The notes beneath the pieces are model-generated. The model was given only the letters and a program-made list of their open reading frames with translations, was not told the DNA's origin and searched no databases. The position numbers and the translations under genes were made by a program. DNA of 64,000 bases from Octopus vulgaris (Eukaryota): assembly GCA_951406725.2 (NCBI GenBank), contig OX597839.1, positions 2,728,001 through 2,792,000 on the forward strand, in the 5' to 3' direction. Of the stretch, positions 26,697 to 40,017 are shown piece by piece; the first letter of the stretch is position 1; the number at the start of each line of letters is the position of its first letter.

Positions 26697-27238
26697 AGTG
26701 ATTCTCAGCCATTTTCTACTTATGGACCCCCTTTGATTACCATTCTATTCTGGTGGGCCCCCATAGCTATTCAATGTTTAGAACCTAGTTTAATTGATAC
26801 TTCTTTCAAAATTCCTATTTTGTTATTCACACATTAACCCTTTTGTTACCAACCCGGCTGAAACCGGCTCTGGCTCTGAATACAAATGTCTTGTTTCCAT
26901 AAGTTTTGAATTAAAATCTTCCACTAAACCTTAGTCATAATTTATGTTCCTAACACTAGCTGAATGATAAGTAAGTTATTCTACTAAATTCTTTGTTATA
27001 GTTAAAGTAATTGAAAGAAACACAGAGCATCTCAAAATAAATGCAGTAACGAAAGGGTTAACTTGCATAGGTTAATCTATGTAAAACACGAGAGAAAGGA
27101 AGCCATTTCTTGCAATAAATACATTTTAATCAAAAAATTTTTATGGACCCTCCATCAAATACTGTGAGTCCCCAATTTACTATTTTGCTAGCATGAACCC
27201 CCACAAAATCTTATATAGACCCTGTTTGAAAACTACTG
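26697..27238. mobile_element. hAT-like MITE (cagtggttctcaacc-type TIR) carrying a nested piggyBac-like MITE
   Basis: Ends tagtgattctcagcc / gtttgaaaactactg; body homologous to 31607-31919. A second partial copy follows at about 27260-27720. Confidence 0.75.
26838..27057. mobile_element. piggyBac-like MITE (220 bp), second family
   Basis: TTAA TSD at 26834-26837 and 27058-27061; TIR cccttttgttac / gtaacgaaaggg (11/12). Confidence 0.9.
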
Positions 27239-28439
27239 ATACAGAGCAATGACTTTCAATTTTTTTTTCTCTCTACGGACCCATGATTACTATTTTTTTC
27301 TGGTGGACACCATAGCTATTTGATATTTAAAACTTAGTTTTGTTAATACATCTTTCAAAATTTCTATTAAGGAAGCTGTTTCTTGTAAGAAATACACTTC
27401 AATCAAACTTTGCCATGGACCCTTTAACATTTAAACCAGCCATATCCTGTGAAAATATTCTACCCATTTTATCTTCAAACTGGTCAAATCTGGCTTTTCA
27501 CACCTACCCTATACTGTCACTTTAAAAATAAACAGTTACAATTTCCAAAATCTGAGAGCAATGCAATAATGCATGATTAATTTAAAATGATGTGAATACA
27601 TGAATACTACATTTGACAAAGTAATGTGAATATTAAATGGCTAATATACTCTCGTGGATTCTCAATTTACTATTTTGCTTGTGTGAAACCCCCACCTCCC
27701 CAAACCTTATATGGACTCCCTGCTTTAAACAACCAACCTCACTTATATGATGTTGATGATGACTATTTACAACCATCCTGTGTTGTCAAGACAAGGGCTC
27801 ACACATACACACACACATGTGCATGTGCGGTTCCTTTCAGCTTTTGCCCACCAAAACCCAATTATAGGGCTTTGGTAGGCCTGGGGGCTATAGTAGAAAA
27901 CACTCACCCAAGGTGCTGCACAGAGAGACTGAACTCAAGACCACACGATTGGGAAGCAAGCTTCTTAACCACACAGCCTCCCATGCACCTATACCATACC
28001 TGCGCCTGTTACATAGAATAAAGGACAGACAATCAAGTTTCTATTCTTCAAACCTTATATAAACCACCTTGGGTACACAGCAACGTTTTATGTGGCTTGC
28101 CGCCAACACAAACAATTCATTGAAAGTACTGTAGATTTTTCTTCAAAGGATCATTTTATGATCATAGCATATATATCTATAAGAAATAGTAATTTAAGCT
28201 TTTTTAATCTGATGTTTTTTTTTCTGTTGTAATTTATTCTACTCTGCGACTGAGGTCTTTGAAGTTGTGCTTTTGATTTAGAAAGAAAAGTCACAACTGA
28301 GAACATGCCAGTGTTGATAGGAAGCGTACATGATTATTTCATCGTTGGTTTTTGGTTTCTAAAGTTTCATGTTTCACATTCGCTCATTTTCTCAACGTAG
28401 GGCCTGAAGACAAACAGACGTGATTTAAAACTGGCTAGA

Positions 28440-28532
28440 TATATGTAGATATATATATACATATATATATGTGTGTATGTGTGGGTATATATGCATTTGT
28501 ATACGTATAAGTGTATATACATATGTGTATGT

Positions 28533-28568
<36 letters not shown>

Positions 28569-28579
28569 GTATATATATG

Positions 28580-28610
<31 letters not shown>

Positions 28611-28943
28611 ATATATGTATGTATGTATATATATGTATGTATGTATATATATATGTATGTATGTATATATATATGTATGTATGTATATATATATGTATGT
28701 ATGTATATATATATGTATGTATGTATATATATGTATGTATGTATATATATGTATGTATGTATATATATGTATGTATGTATATATATGTATGTATGTATAT
28801 ATATGTATATGTATGTATGTATATGTATATGTATGTATGTATGTGTATATGTATGTATGTATGTATATATATGTATATGTGTGTGTGTGTATATATGTAT
28901 ATATATATATATGTCTAGATGTGTATATATGTCTATATATATC

Positions 28944-29005
<62 letters not shown>

Positions 29006-29355
29006 TAAATATGTGTATATGTATATATATATGTATCTGTATATGTATATATATATCTGTATATATATGTATATATATATCTGTATATATATGTATATGT
29101 ATATATATATCTGTATGTATATGTATATATATCTGTATGTATATGTGTATATATATATGTATGTATATATATGTATATATGTATATATGTATATATATGT
29201 GTGTTTATATATATGTATGTATATAGATGTATGTATGTATATATATGTGTGTTTATATATATGTATGTATATAGATGTATGTATGTATATATATGTATGT
29301 ATGTATATATGTATATAGATGTGTATATATATATATATATATATATTTATATTTA
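28440..29355. repeat. About 900-bp (TA)/(TATG) micro/minisatellite
   Basis: Higher-order units such as atatatgtatgtatgtat; source of the 251-aa and 281-aa spurious ORFs. Confidence 0.95.
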
Positions 29356-31459
29356 AAAGCAGGAGAAATATAACAAAAGCTGTTACTCAGTTTCACTTTC
29401 CCGTTTGTGTGTTTTTTTATATATAAAATATAGTGGCGTATGTACACTTTGCTCTCTCTCAATTATTAATACAAAGTGAGTGCACACACGTGTACAGGTC
29501 AAGGCAGGTTTCTGTGCAGAAGACACTTGCCCAAGATGCCACGCAGTGGGACTGAACCCGGAACCATGTGGTTGGTTAGCAAGCTACCACGCAGTGGGAC
29601 TGACCACACAGCCACTCCTGCGCCTATTAATATATTATTTATATATTATTATAATATTATTTATATATTTTATACATAGTTAATGTAATGTTATTTGGAT
29701 CATGTGATTTGACTTGCTCGAATTCACTGCAGGCATTCTTTTGCAATGGTTAGTTTATGCAACAAATACTCAAATAATAACCCCAGCAGTCTAGCATGAA
29801 CCTCACTTCCCCGACGCTACACCTTCCACACTCACACCAACAAAATACCAGTTGTTTATGTCTGTGTGTATGTGCAGCACACACACACGTGTGTCCAATA
29901 GGATTAGTTGGACAAAGCACAGAAAAATCAAATAGCAATAATAATCCTTCTATTCACCATGTATTGTTGCTGTGCAACATTGCTATACAGGAGAAGGAAA
30001 TAAATATAACAAATGGTTATAGTAATAAAAATGACAAAAAAGAAAAAACCTCTGCCAAAATATAAGGAAATGTAGTGAGAAATTTTGCCTAAATAAAAAA
30101 ATTATAAAAATATAAATATATGATTTAAATTTTTTTTTATTCAATTAAAAGGAAAAAATATTCTGTTTTTGTATTTTTTCTTGTTCTGCATAATATAATA
30201 AATAATAAAAATGTTTGTAAATTAATCGGGTATATTAATTATTTATGCTGCAATTACATAAAGAGAGAAAATATAAACACGAAATTAAGCTAAAAAAAAA
30301 AACCCCAGCAAACTATTAATGTTTTTTTCTTTTCTTTTCATATGCTTCATTTATTTTTTTACTCTTTGCTTTTTAATGTCTTTTTTTTTGCTCAATTGAG
30401 ATTTTAATGGTGATTAGAATGTTGTGAAACAGCATTATGGTGAAAGCATGTTGGGTAATTTCAGGAGTTTTTAGTTTTCACGTGACTATTGATTAGGTCA
30501 TAAATATCACATGAATTTTATCTACTATAAACACATTTAATGTTCCTTACGACATTATATTGAAAAGACTACTACTACTACTACTACTGTTGTTGTTATT
30601 GCTGGTTTGTTGTGGATGGTTGTGTTTCACAGAGCTTTACCTAGAAGATAATTTCTTCCAGGATTACCTGATGGGGTCTAGAAAATAAATCAGGATTTCA
30701 CTCCCAAATCTTATATTCTTTAGAACCTGCCAAACAATTAACCTCCTAACACTTAAACTGGCTATATGCGGCCTAAATAGTCTACAAGATATATGTTCAA
30801 ACTGGTCAAATCTACCTTACAATGCCATTGCAAAAATAAACAATTACATTGTTGAAATCTTGAAGATGTGAGATAAACTTTATTCAGAACAATGAGAATA
30901 AATATTATATTTGACAGTAATCTGAATGCTAAAGATTTTCATTCCAAAATATACAAAGAATATTCAAATTTTGTATTAAAAGCAGCTCAATGATGTAAAT
31001 GATGATGATCAGGATGTTATCAATATCTCATACTTAATGATGTATGTTGTTAAACACTACAAAGCTACAGTAATTTGTCTATCAGAGATCCTTCTAAAAG
31101 ATGTACTGTGTTATAAAGAAACACAGCATACTTCAAACCTAGTGAAACAAAATTGCGCTAGAAGATAACAAAAGCGACAGATACCAATATTTTGTGGCTG
31201 TATCTGCTCATCAGTGTCACATACTCCTCCACTTCTATATTTATAGGTGTGAAATTCTGTTTGTCTGGGACCCTTTTACCTCAGTCTTCATAGACATATT
31301 ATACCTTTTTGGAATCAGGATGATTGCAGGATTAAAAATCTGCCCTTCATTTGGTTCTTGAACATCCAGCATTGGGATCTGATTTAAAAGCATTTGGGTT
31401 GCTATTTCTAGCAGATAAAGCTTGGCTGATTCACACCATCTTGGTTGGCATTTGTCAGA

Positions 31460-32075
31460 TGATGTCAGAGTTGAGAACTACTGTATTAGATGGTTTAGGC
31501 CTTAGCATTATCACCCATCCCAATCTGCTTCATCTAGAAATACACCTGAATAATCTTGAATTTGTTGGTGACATCAAGTGGAAAATGTACCCAAGAACAA
31601 TTAGCCCAGTGGTTTTCAACTATTTTTATCTATGGACCCTTTTCATTACTATTTTATTCTGGTGGACTGCCATAGCTATTCAATGCTTAGAAACTAGTTT
31701 TATAGATACTTCTTTCAAAATTCCTATTTTGTTATGTATAACATTTGAGAAAGAAATCTAGCTGTTTCTAACAATAAATACATCTAAAGCAAAATTTTTT
31801 TTCAGTTACCCTTAAAATACTACTGTGGACCCAATTTACTATTTTGCCTGCGTGGGTTCCCGACCTCCAATCTTATATGGACCCCCAAGAGTCACACGAA
31901 CCCTGGTTGGGAATCACTGAATTTGCTTGAACTGCTTCTGTATTACAAAGACCTTGGCCTTGTCATTAGCACTGTCCAAACTAAGCACATCTCATTCAAT
32001 TGTAAACTTGATATTCCATCACAAGTCTATGGCAAAATATTAAAGGTCAATGAATTTTAAGTATTTTGCCTAGTT
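31460..32075 (+). pseudogene. Highly decayed non-LTR reverse transcriptase fragment (RTE-like), split by a hAT MITE
   Basis: LGLSIITHPNLLHLEIHLNNLEFVGDI resembles LTDLDFADDI. After the MITE, KDLGLVISTVQTKH resembles GLxINxxKT and VNEF-KYF resembles VxxFKYLG. Confidence 0.6.
31607..31919. mobile_element. hAT-like MITE
   Basis: TIR cagtggttttcaac / gttgggaatcactg; degenerate 8-bp TSD aattagcc / aatttgct. Confidence 0.85.
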
Positions 32076-33430
32076 AAGGCTTGGTTTACAGATGACATCC
32101 AGATGTCTTTAGAACTTTGGCATTGTCACTCACTGCAGATTGTCTACAAGTTACTTAGAAGCTGATAGTGAGTGAAGAACATGTGAGAGAACTGAGGCAG
32201 GTTGATCTGGTACAGGATTATGTCGAATGGAGAAAGACTGCTGACTTCTGCCCTGCACTTGAATGGAGATAAGGAGTTTGCATATAGAAGGTATATCATA
32301 AGGATAGGGCACATTTACTTAGAATATTTGTATATATATATATATATATGTAAAAGTAAAAAAATATACAAATTGGGACAAGAACGTGAAACATTTAGAA
32401 GAAGACACAAAAAACACGGACGGGACTTTCAAAACCCTCAGTCATCAGTCAAGAACCGGATCATCTTCGTAATTTCGGCTGATATATATATATACATACA
32501 CACACACACGCACACACATACACACACACACACGTACATAACCTTTAAGTTTATTTATGGGAAATGTTTTGAATATGCATATAAAAAACTCCTATTCCAT
32601 TATACTGGTTACAGCCTAATGGTGCCAACTGGTGATACAAGTTTTTTGGGTTGAGCTGCAAGGTTGCATCAAGCTGTAATGTCATCTTTGGTATGGCCTC
32701 AATGGCTGAATGCCCTTCCTAATGCCAACCACTTTACAGAATGTATTGGGTGCTTTTTTCATCTACTGCCACCTGTGAGGTCAATGCTTAACATATATAT
32801 ATATATCATCATCATTTAAACGTCCGTTTTCCATGCTAGCATGGGTTGGATGGTTCGACCAGGGTCTGGGAAGCCAGAAGGCTGCACCAGGCTCCAGTCT
32901 GATCTGGCAGTGTTTCTACAGCTGGATGCCCTTCCTAATGCCAACCACTCTGTGAGTGTAGTGGGTGCTTTTTATGTGCCACCGGCAACACGATCGGTTG
33001 GTGCTTTTTACGTGCCATATGTGTGTGTGTGTGTGTGTGTATGTTTTATTAGTTTCATCCTTTGGATTATGGCCATGCTAGGGTATTTCCATTTCTTGCT
33101 CTCACATAGGCTCATGGAGGATCACAGAGTACCCGACTATTGTGTAAATGTGTTTATGTTTACTCCACACAGAGCTCATGCTTTTATGGCAGAATATTGA
33201 AAAAGGAAGATCTTCCTTTCTCTCTCTCTCTCTCTGTACACACACATACATAACATACATATACAAACTCGCATAAGTATTTATCTACAATACTTGTCAT
33301 CATCATCATTTTATGTCTCCTTTTTTTTTTTGCTGGATGGGTTGTTGCGCTCTTTCTGACGTGGTGCTTTACGGATGTATATATACTATTTCTCTCAATA
33401 CATGTAGAAATAGTATAGATCTATTTTATT

Positions 33431-33998
33431 CTTTTCTACTCTAAGCACAAGGCCCGAGATTTTTTGGGGAGGGGGCCAGTTAATTAGCTCAAACCCAGTA
33501 CGCAACTGGTACTTAATTTATCAACGCCAAAAGGATGAAAGGCAAAGTCAACTTTGGCAGAATTTGAACTCAGAACGTAAAGACAGACGAAATACTGCTA
33601 AGCATTTCGACTGGCATGCTAAAGTTTTTTATTTCTTTATTGCCCATAAGGGGCTAAACTTAGAGGGACAAACAAGGACAGACGAAGGGATAAAGTTGAT
33701 TACATCGACCTCAGTGCATAACTGGTACTTAATTTATACTCAAGTTTCTGCTAGCTTGCTGCCTTTATGGAGGTACATATTCTTTTCTACTCTAGGCACA
33801 AGGCCTGAAATTTCTTTAGGGTGAGAGGTGGCAGTCGATTAGATCAACCCCATTGCACAACTGGTACTTAATTTATTGATCCCGAAAGGATGAAAGGCAA
33901 AGTTGACCTTGGCGGAATTTGAACTTAAAATGTAAAGATAGATGAAATACCGCTAAGCATTTTGCCCAGTGTGCCAACGTTTCTGCCAGCTTGCTGCC
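33431..33998 (-). mobile_element. Tandem pair of family B SINEs (gagtagaaaagaat tail) within one TSD, plus a nested B fragment (about 33625-33740)
   Basis: 20-bp direct repeat tagtatagatctattttatt at 33411-33430 and 34000-34019. Confidence 0.8.
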
Positions 33999-34081
33999 TT
34001 AGTATAGATCTATTTTATTACTATGGTATAGACACTAACTACATCTTCTTACATACTTACACATAGACATGCATGTGTGTT

Positions 34082-34132
<51 letters not shown>

Positions 34133-34677
34133 TCACCCACATACACATGTATGTTTATATATATATAAATGTATTCTTGTAAGAATATGCCTGCACAATA
34201 ATATAAATATACACACATGTGTATATATCTAAATATGAATATAGATGAATTGTGTATGTATATTCTTGCATGAATATACATACACAACGTGTGTGTGGGT
34301 TTGTGTGTGTACACACACACACACATTCTTTAAAGAATCAACCCTTTACGTCTGTGTAGAACATAAACTATTCTCCAAGGGGTTATTAATATTACTTTGA
34401 GAAAATCTCTTTTCCTTGTAGTTATTGCTGCATGATTCCAGACTAAAAGTTGTATGATTGCAAGCCAAACCATTAAAATGTATCACTCAGCCTGTCGCTT
34501 CCCCCTCCTTGCCAGCCCGCCACCCCCTCCCTTCCATTTTTTTCTTCTTAATTGTTTCACCATCCATGTTTCCATATTAGCAGTTGGTGGGATGAGCAAA
34601 GATATTTGCATCTGATTTTTGAGTGTTTTTACAGCTGGATGGATGGATGCCTTTGCTGTTACTCACCACTCAACCAT

Positions 34678-35365
34678 AAAAGTGGGAGTGGCACCCGTTT
34701 GCATTTTTAGGGAGACTGAACCGACCGAACAGAGAGTAACATGTCCCTTTCTCAGTCAACAAGAGGGTCTCTACATCAGTGTTTCTCAGTCAGGGTCCTT
34801 ATGGCCCTTGGGGGTCTATATAAGATTTTGTTGTTAAGAATTTATAAATATATGTGCAATAAAATTGGTTGTATTTATACAAAATACCAAATATTTTAAC
34901 AATTTTTTAATGTAGTCCCTAATAAACATCTTTCATCTTTTACCTCGTTTCAGTCATGAGACTGCGGTCATGCTGGGGCACCACCTTATTTTATTTTTAT
35001 TTTATTTTTTAAAATTTTACTTGTTTCAGTCATTTGACTAGCAATGCTGGGGCACCAAAAAGTGGGGGTCGTATCCATTTGCATTTTTAGAACAGAGTAA
35101 CAAGTCCCTTCCCAAGCCAACAAGGGAGCCTCTTTCTCAGCCAGGGTCCATATACATACACATATATATATGCATATACATGGCCCCTGGGGGTCCAAAT
35201 AAGATCTTGTCGTTAAAACGTATCTGCAATAAAATTGGTTATACTTGTACAATACACAAGATATTTTAACTGTTTTTTATGTGATCCCTAATAGTAATTA
35301 TTTTATTTATTTATTTTTATTTTACCTGTTTTGATCATTGGACTGCAGCCATGCTGGGGCAGTAC
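34678..35365. repeat. Old local tandem duplication (about 380-bp period) including hAT MITE and SINE A fragments
   Basis: aaaagtggg..tttgcatttttag..aacagagtaaca..tttctcag.cagggtcc..gcaataaaattggtt occurs at about 34678 and again at about 35057. Confidence 0.75.
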
Positions 35366-36557
35366 CTTGAAGTTTAGTCAAATGAATTGACCCCCCCTTT
35401 TTTGAGCCTGGTACTTATTCTGTTGGACTCTTGCTGAACTGCTAAGTTATGGGGACATACAACACTCTAACAGCAGGGGTGGGGCACAAACACAGACACA
35501 AAGACACACAAACATGCGCAAACATACACACACACACACATGACGGCCTTCTTTCAGTTTCTGTCAGATCTACTCACTTTTCAATTGTATTTTCCTGTTT
35601 GTATCACCAAATCTGTATCCATCTATTTACCGCCATCATCACTTAATAGCCATCCACTATCATCATCATCAACATTTAATGTCCATTTTCCATGCTGGCA
35701 TAGGTTGGACGGCTTGATGGGAACTGGCAAAACCAGGGGACAGACCAGGCTTCATGGTCTGTTTTGCAGCATATAAAATGGTATATATTGGATAATGGTA
35801 ACTGAAATGACCTTATGTATAAAAATAGTAAAATTCAGTAGTAGTTGGTCATGGTTGGATTTCCTTTGATCGTGTGTGTTCTCAATTTGGGAAGACCATG
35901 GGCTAAACTTCAACAACAACAACAACAACTGGTACTTGTTTTATTTTATTAGCATAGAACCCATCAAAGATGATAGGGGTTATTTGAGCATGGAATAAAT
36001 TATGCACTTATGGAAGAAATTATGCAAATTTTTTTACCATAAAAATATTTAGGAGTGCAGAGAGAGGTGGGGATCGAAGGGAGAGAGTGGTTGCTGGTGT
36101 GAAATACAGCTTTCGAAATGGATCATAAAAGCAAGATTTTTATGCTTGCAGTAGTTTCCAAGTTTGGCATTTTTGTCTAACAGAAACAAAGAAGGTAAGG
36201 ATAGGGTTGGGGGAAGCAATAGACAAGATGCCTAAGTTAATCCTGGCTGGATTTGAATAAATTCACAGCCGGGATTAATGGAACTAAACAATTGCAATAC
36301 ATTTAGTCTGGTGCCCTGCTGTCTCAGAAGCCATTTCCGCTTTCCTAATAGTAATAATAATCTTTTGTTGAAATCTCGAGAGGGAGGGGAGAGGAGGTGC
36401 AGGAGCTTTGACATGTGTATTATCATTCGGGAGAGTATTAAGTGTGATAAGTGAAGTCAGCCTGACCAGGAATTGAAACCAGATGTGAGTTTTCATTTGC
36501 GAGAGGAAAACGTCATCCTATCCCATCTCATCCTCTTCTTGCTTCTCCCAGTAGCAA

Positions 36558-36638
<81 letters not shown>

Positions 36639-37042
36639 CACTACTATTTGCCACCAGGGTAAAGGATGAGGGAGACAGTACAAAGACAGATATAAAGTGA
36701 GGGGTTTTTACTTATAATGAAATAAAAAAAGAAAAAAATTGAAAGTATACAAGGTATACAATAAACAAAGAAGGGAAGTAGACATTGTATACAAAAGTAA
36801 AAAATAAAATGCTAATAGTAAAAAAATATATCATGTTCAGTTTGACTTTGTAAAACTATTTTCCTGCTTTTTAAAAGTTCCTTTTTGGTTTTAGCTTCCC
36901 TAACTATGTACTTCGTTCTGGGTGGGGACAAGAACGTGCTATTTCAGTTGATGCATGCATATTTTGACACTGCTTCTAACTGCACATACACACACACACA
37001 TGCACACCACAACCACCTAACACACATGCAGCAGAATCATCA

Positions 37043-37414
37043 GTGGAGGCGCAATGGCTCAGTGGTTAGGGCAGCAGACTCGCGGTCGGAGGATCGTGGT
37101 TTCAATTCCCAGACCGGGTGTTGTGTGTTTTATTGAGCGAAAACACCTAAAGCTCCACGAGGCTCCAGCAGGGAGTGGTGGCGACCCCTGTTGTACTCTT
37201 TCGTTCCAACTTTCTCTCACTCTTTCTTCCTGTTTCTTATCCGCGACTTCCTACGCAACTGCTGAGCCTGGATGCGCATTCATCCATCCATCGATGCTCT
37301 CGGTGTTGGGGGTTGACCTGCTTTCTCTTCTGCAGGTCTTACGAATAGCAAAGGACCATGTTTCGGACTTCTCCCACTCTGGGACGAAGACCGATTCGCT
37401 CAACAAACAAACAA
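37043..37414 (+). mobile_element. Full-length tRNA-derived SINE family E with (CAAA)n tail
   Basis: A-box tggctcagtggttagg, B-box ggtttcaattcc, 13-bp TSD agcagaatcatca at 37030-37042 and 37415-37427. Confidence 0.9.
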
Positions 37415-37718
37415 AGCAGAATCATCAAAATCTTGGGCTAAATGCCTTGCAATATTTATTCCAGCCCTTTTATGTTCTTAGTTCAAATCTTGTTGAAGTG
37501 AACTTCACTCCTCCATCCCACCAGGGCCAGTAAAATAAAGTACTATTAAAGAATCTTAGTTGTCCCTAAAAATTGCTGGTCTAAAACCATTATTATTTAG
37601 CTATCCTTTAGGGCTTGATAAAGTGAAGTACCAGTCAAATATGGGTGTCAGTCATATCAATAACCCTTTCCTATGAAAACTACCTGCCTTGTGCTAAAAT
37701 TTGAAACAGTAATTGTTA

Positions 37719-37755
<37 letters not shown>

Positions 37756-38338
37756 GTTTAGCTGGCAGAACCATAAGAGTGTTGGAAATATGCTTTGCAG
37801 CGGTGCTTCTCATTCATTATGTTATGAGTTCAAATTCTGTTGGAGTCAACTCTGCCTATTATCCTTAGAAGGTTAATAAAATAAGTACCAGTTGAGCCCG
37901 GTGGGGTGGAGTTTCTCTACTTGTCCCCTCCTCTTAAATTGCTGCCAGAATTTGAAACCATTATTATTATTATTATTATTATTATTGAGTGCATGCCATC
38001 AAAGTGACACTGGGGTAAAATATACGAAGCCCAGTATACCCATCATGACCACCTGTCTGATAAGGGATGCACCAGGCACACGCATCACCACCATGTGCAT
38101 GCAACATGATGATCTCTTATCAAGATAAACAGTGCATGATCTTGCAGGTGGGGGCCCGTTACTATGTTCTGAGTTCAAATTCTGCCGAGGCCGACTTTGC
38201 CTTTCATCGTTTCATGGTTGATAAATTAGGTACCAGTGAAACACTGGGGTCAATGTAGTCAACTAGTCTCCTCCCACTAAATTCCAGGCTTTGTTCCTTT
38301 AGTAGAAGAGATTATTATTATTATTATTATTATTATTA

Positions 38339-38710
38339 TGCACTATCCGAATCGTGGCCGATGCCAGCGCCGCTTCGACTGGCTTCCGTGCCGGTGGCAC
38401 GTAAAAAGCACCATCCGAATCGTGGCCGATGCCAGTGCCGCCTCAACTGGCTTCCGTGCCAGTGGCACGTAAAATGCACCAATCTGACCGTGGCCGTTGC
38501 CAGCCTCGCCTGGTACCTGTGCAGGTGGCATGTAAAAAGCACCCACTACACTCACGGAGTGGTTGGCGTTAGGAAGGGCATCCAACTGTAGAAACACTGC
38601 CAGATAAGACTGGAGCCTGGTGCAGCCTTCTGGCTTCCCAGATCCCCGGTCGTACCGTCCAACCCATGCTAGCATGGAGAACGGACGTTAAACGATGATG
38701 ATGATGATGA
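38339..38710 (+). mobile_element. Young family C element with tandemly repeated 5' module
   Basis: About three units of roughly 60-68 bp, each ending gtgc(c/a)(g/a)gtggca(c/t)gtaaaa, then the conserved body and (ATG)n. Confidence 0.88.
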
Positions 38711-39378
38711 TTATTCCCTCTCTCTCTTTCGGAGAGGCACTAAGCAGCTATATGCACACATACACACACGGCAGTAACTTCCACCTACCGAATTCAATCA
38801 CAAAGCTCCAGTTGGCTCGGGGCTATAGCGGAAGACACCTACCCAAAGTGCCACACAGTGGGACTGAACCTGAAGCCATGTAGCTAGGAAGCAAGCTCCC
38901 TAACCACACAGCCATGCCTACTATTATTATAATAAATTGTTTTTCGTTTAGAAAATTATATCCAATGTAGAATTTGCCGATGAGATTAGTTTACAATGAA
39001 ATGAGTTGAAGAGTAGAGGAAGAGGAGGATTAAATATGATGTAAGGTAGGGTGGGAGGGAGGGAGGGGAGATGTGTTTGAATAGTACAAGAAGCCATTTC
39101 CATGCCGTGCTTGCAGATACTGATTGCATTGCCAAATGTTAACAAAAATGATTCTGAAATGTGTAAGGTGCTTTGTTTTGTTAAGGAATCATTTCATTGA
39201 ATCTGCTCAAAATAGAACTGATAGTCAGAAAGATAGATGGAAAATATGGTTGGAAAGCTCAGGGAAGTATTCTGCATGCTAGATACCAGTAAAGTACACC
39301 ACATATGTGATATAGTGAATCGAGGAGAAAAAAGAATGGAAAAGAAACACCTTTGAGGTTAACCAAACAGTAAGACCT

Positions 39379-39608
39379 ATTTCTTTACTACCCACAAGGG
39401 ACTAAACACAGAGAGGACAAACAAGGACAGACAAACGCATTAAGTTGATTATATCGACCCCAATGCGTAACTGGTACTTAATTTATCGACCCCGAAAGGA
39501 TGAAAGGCAAAGTCAACCTCGGCGGAATTTGAACTCAGAACGTAGCGTCAGACAAAATACTGCTAAGCATTTCGCCCGGCGTGCTAATGTTTCTGCCAGC
39601 TCACCGCC
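39379..39608 (-). mobile_element. Full-length SINE family B
   Basis: Perfect 14-bp TSD aaacagtaagacct at 39365-39378 and 39609-39622. Confidence 0.92.
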
Positions 39609-40017
39609 AAACAGTAAGACCTGTTAAAAAGAAACTGTGTCTCAACATGTCGACAAATCTAAAGCCAAGGGAGATAACTCCAAGACAATCAACCGGTGGG
39701 TATTTTCCTGATGATGATAAAATAGTGTCATCTGAAAGATTTCATTCCGTTTTTCAGTTTGTATCATTTTCATGTTTGGATCTAGTCATCATTTGTTTGT
39801 AGAATGATGACTATGTGTGTGTGTGTGGGTGAAAATGTGCCCAAAAAGGGTAAAAGAATTGTTGTAGTCTTTTTTTCTTTTTTAGAAAATGAAACGACTT
39901 AACAAATGTAGCATTTTATTTACATATATTAAATCTTTTAATCTTACATTACAATCAAATGAGAACAGTAGTCTTTTAAACAGCCCTGCCCAAGGGAAAC
40001 TGAGAGGCTGATATATT

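Noticed and set aside
28471-29318. Longest ORFs (251 and 281 aa)
   Set aside because: Translations of (TA)/(TATG) microsatellite; composition is only Y/I/C/M/V.
37043-37125. tRNA-like sequences (also the heads of families A, B and D)
   Set aside because: They are SINE heads continuing into SINE bodies with tails and TSDs; no complete acceptor stem was seen.
38339-38540. CRISPR-like repeat/spacer appearance
   Set aside because: Eukaryotic context, the spacers are mutually similar, there are no cas genes, and it is part of a dispersed retroposon.
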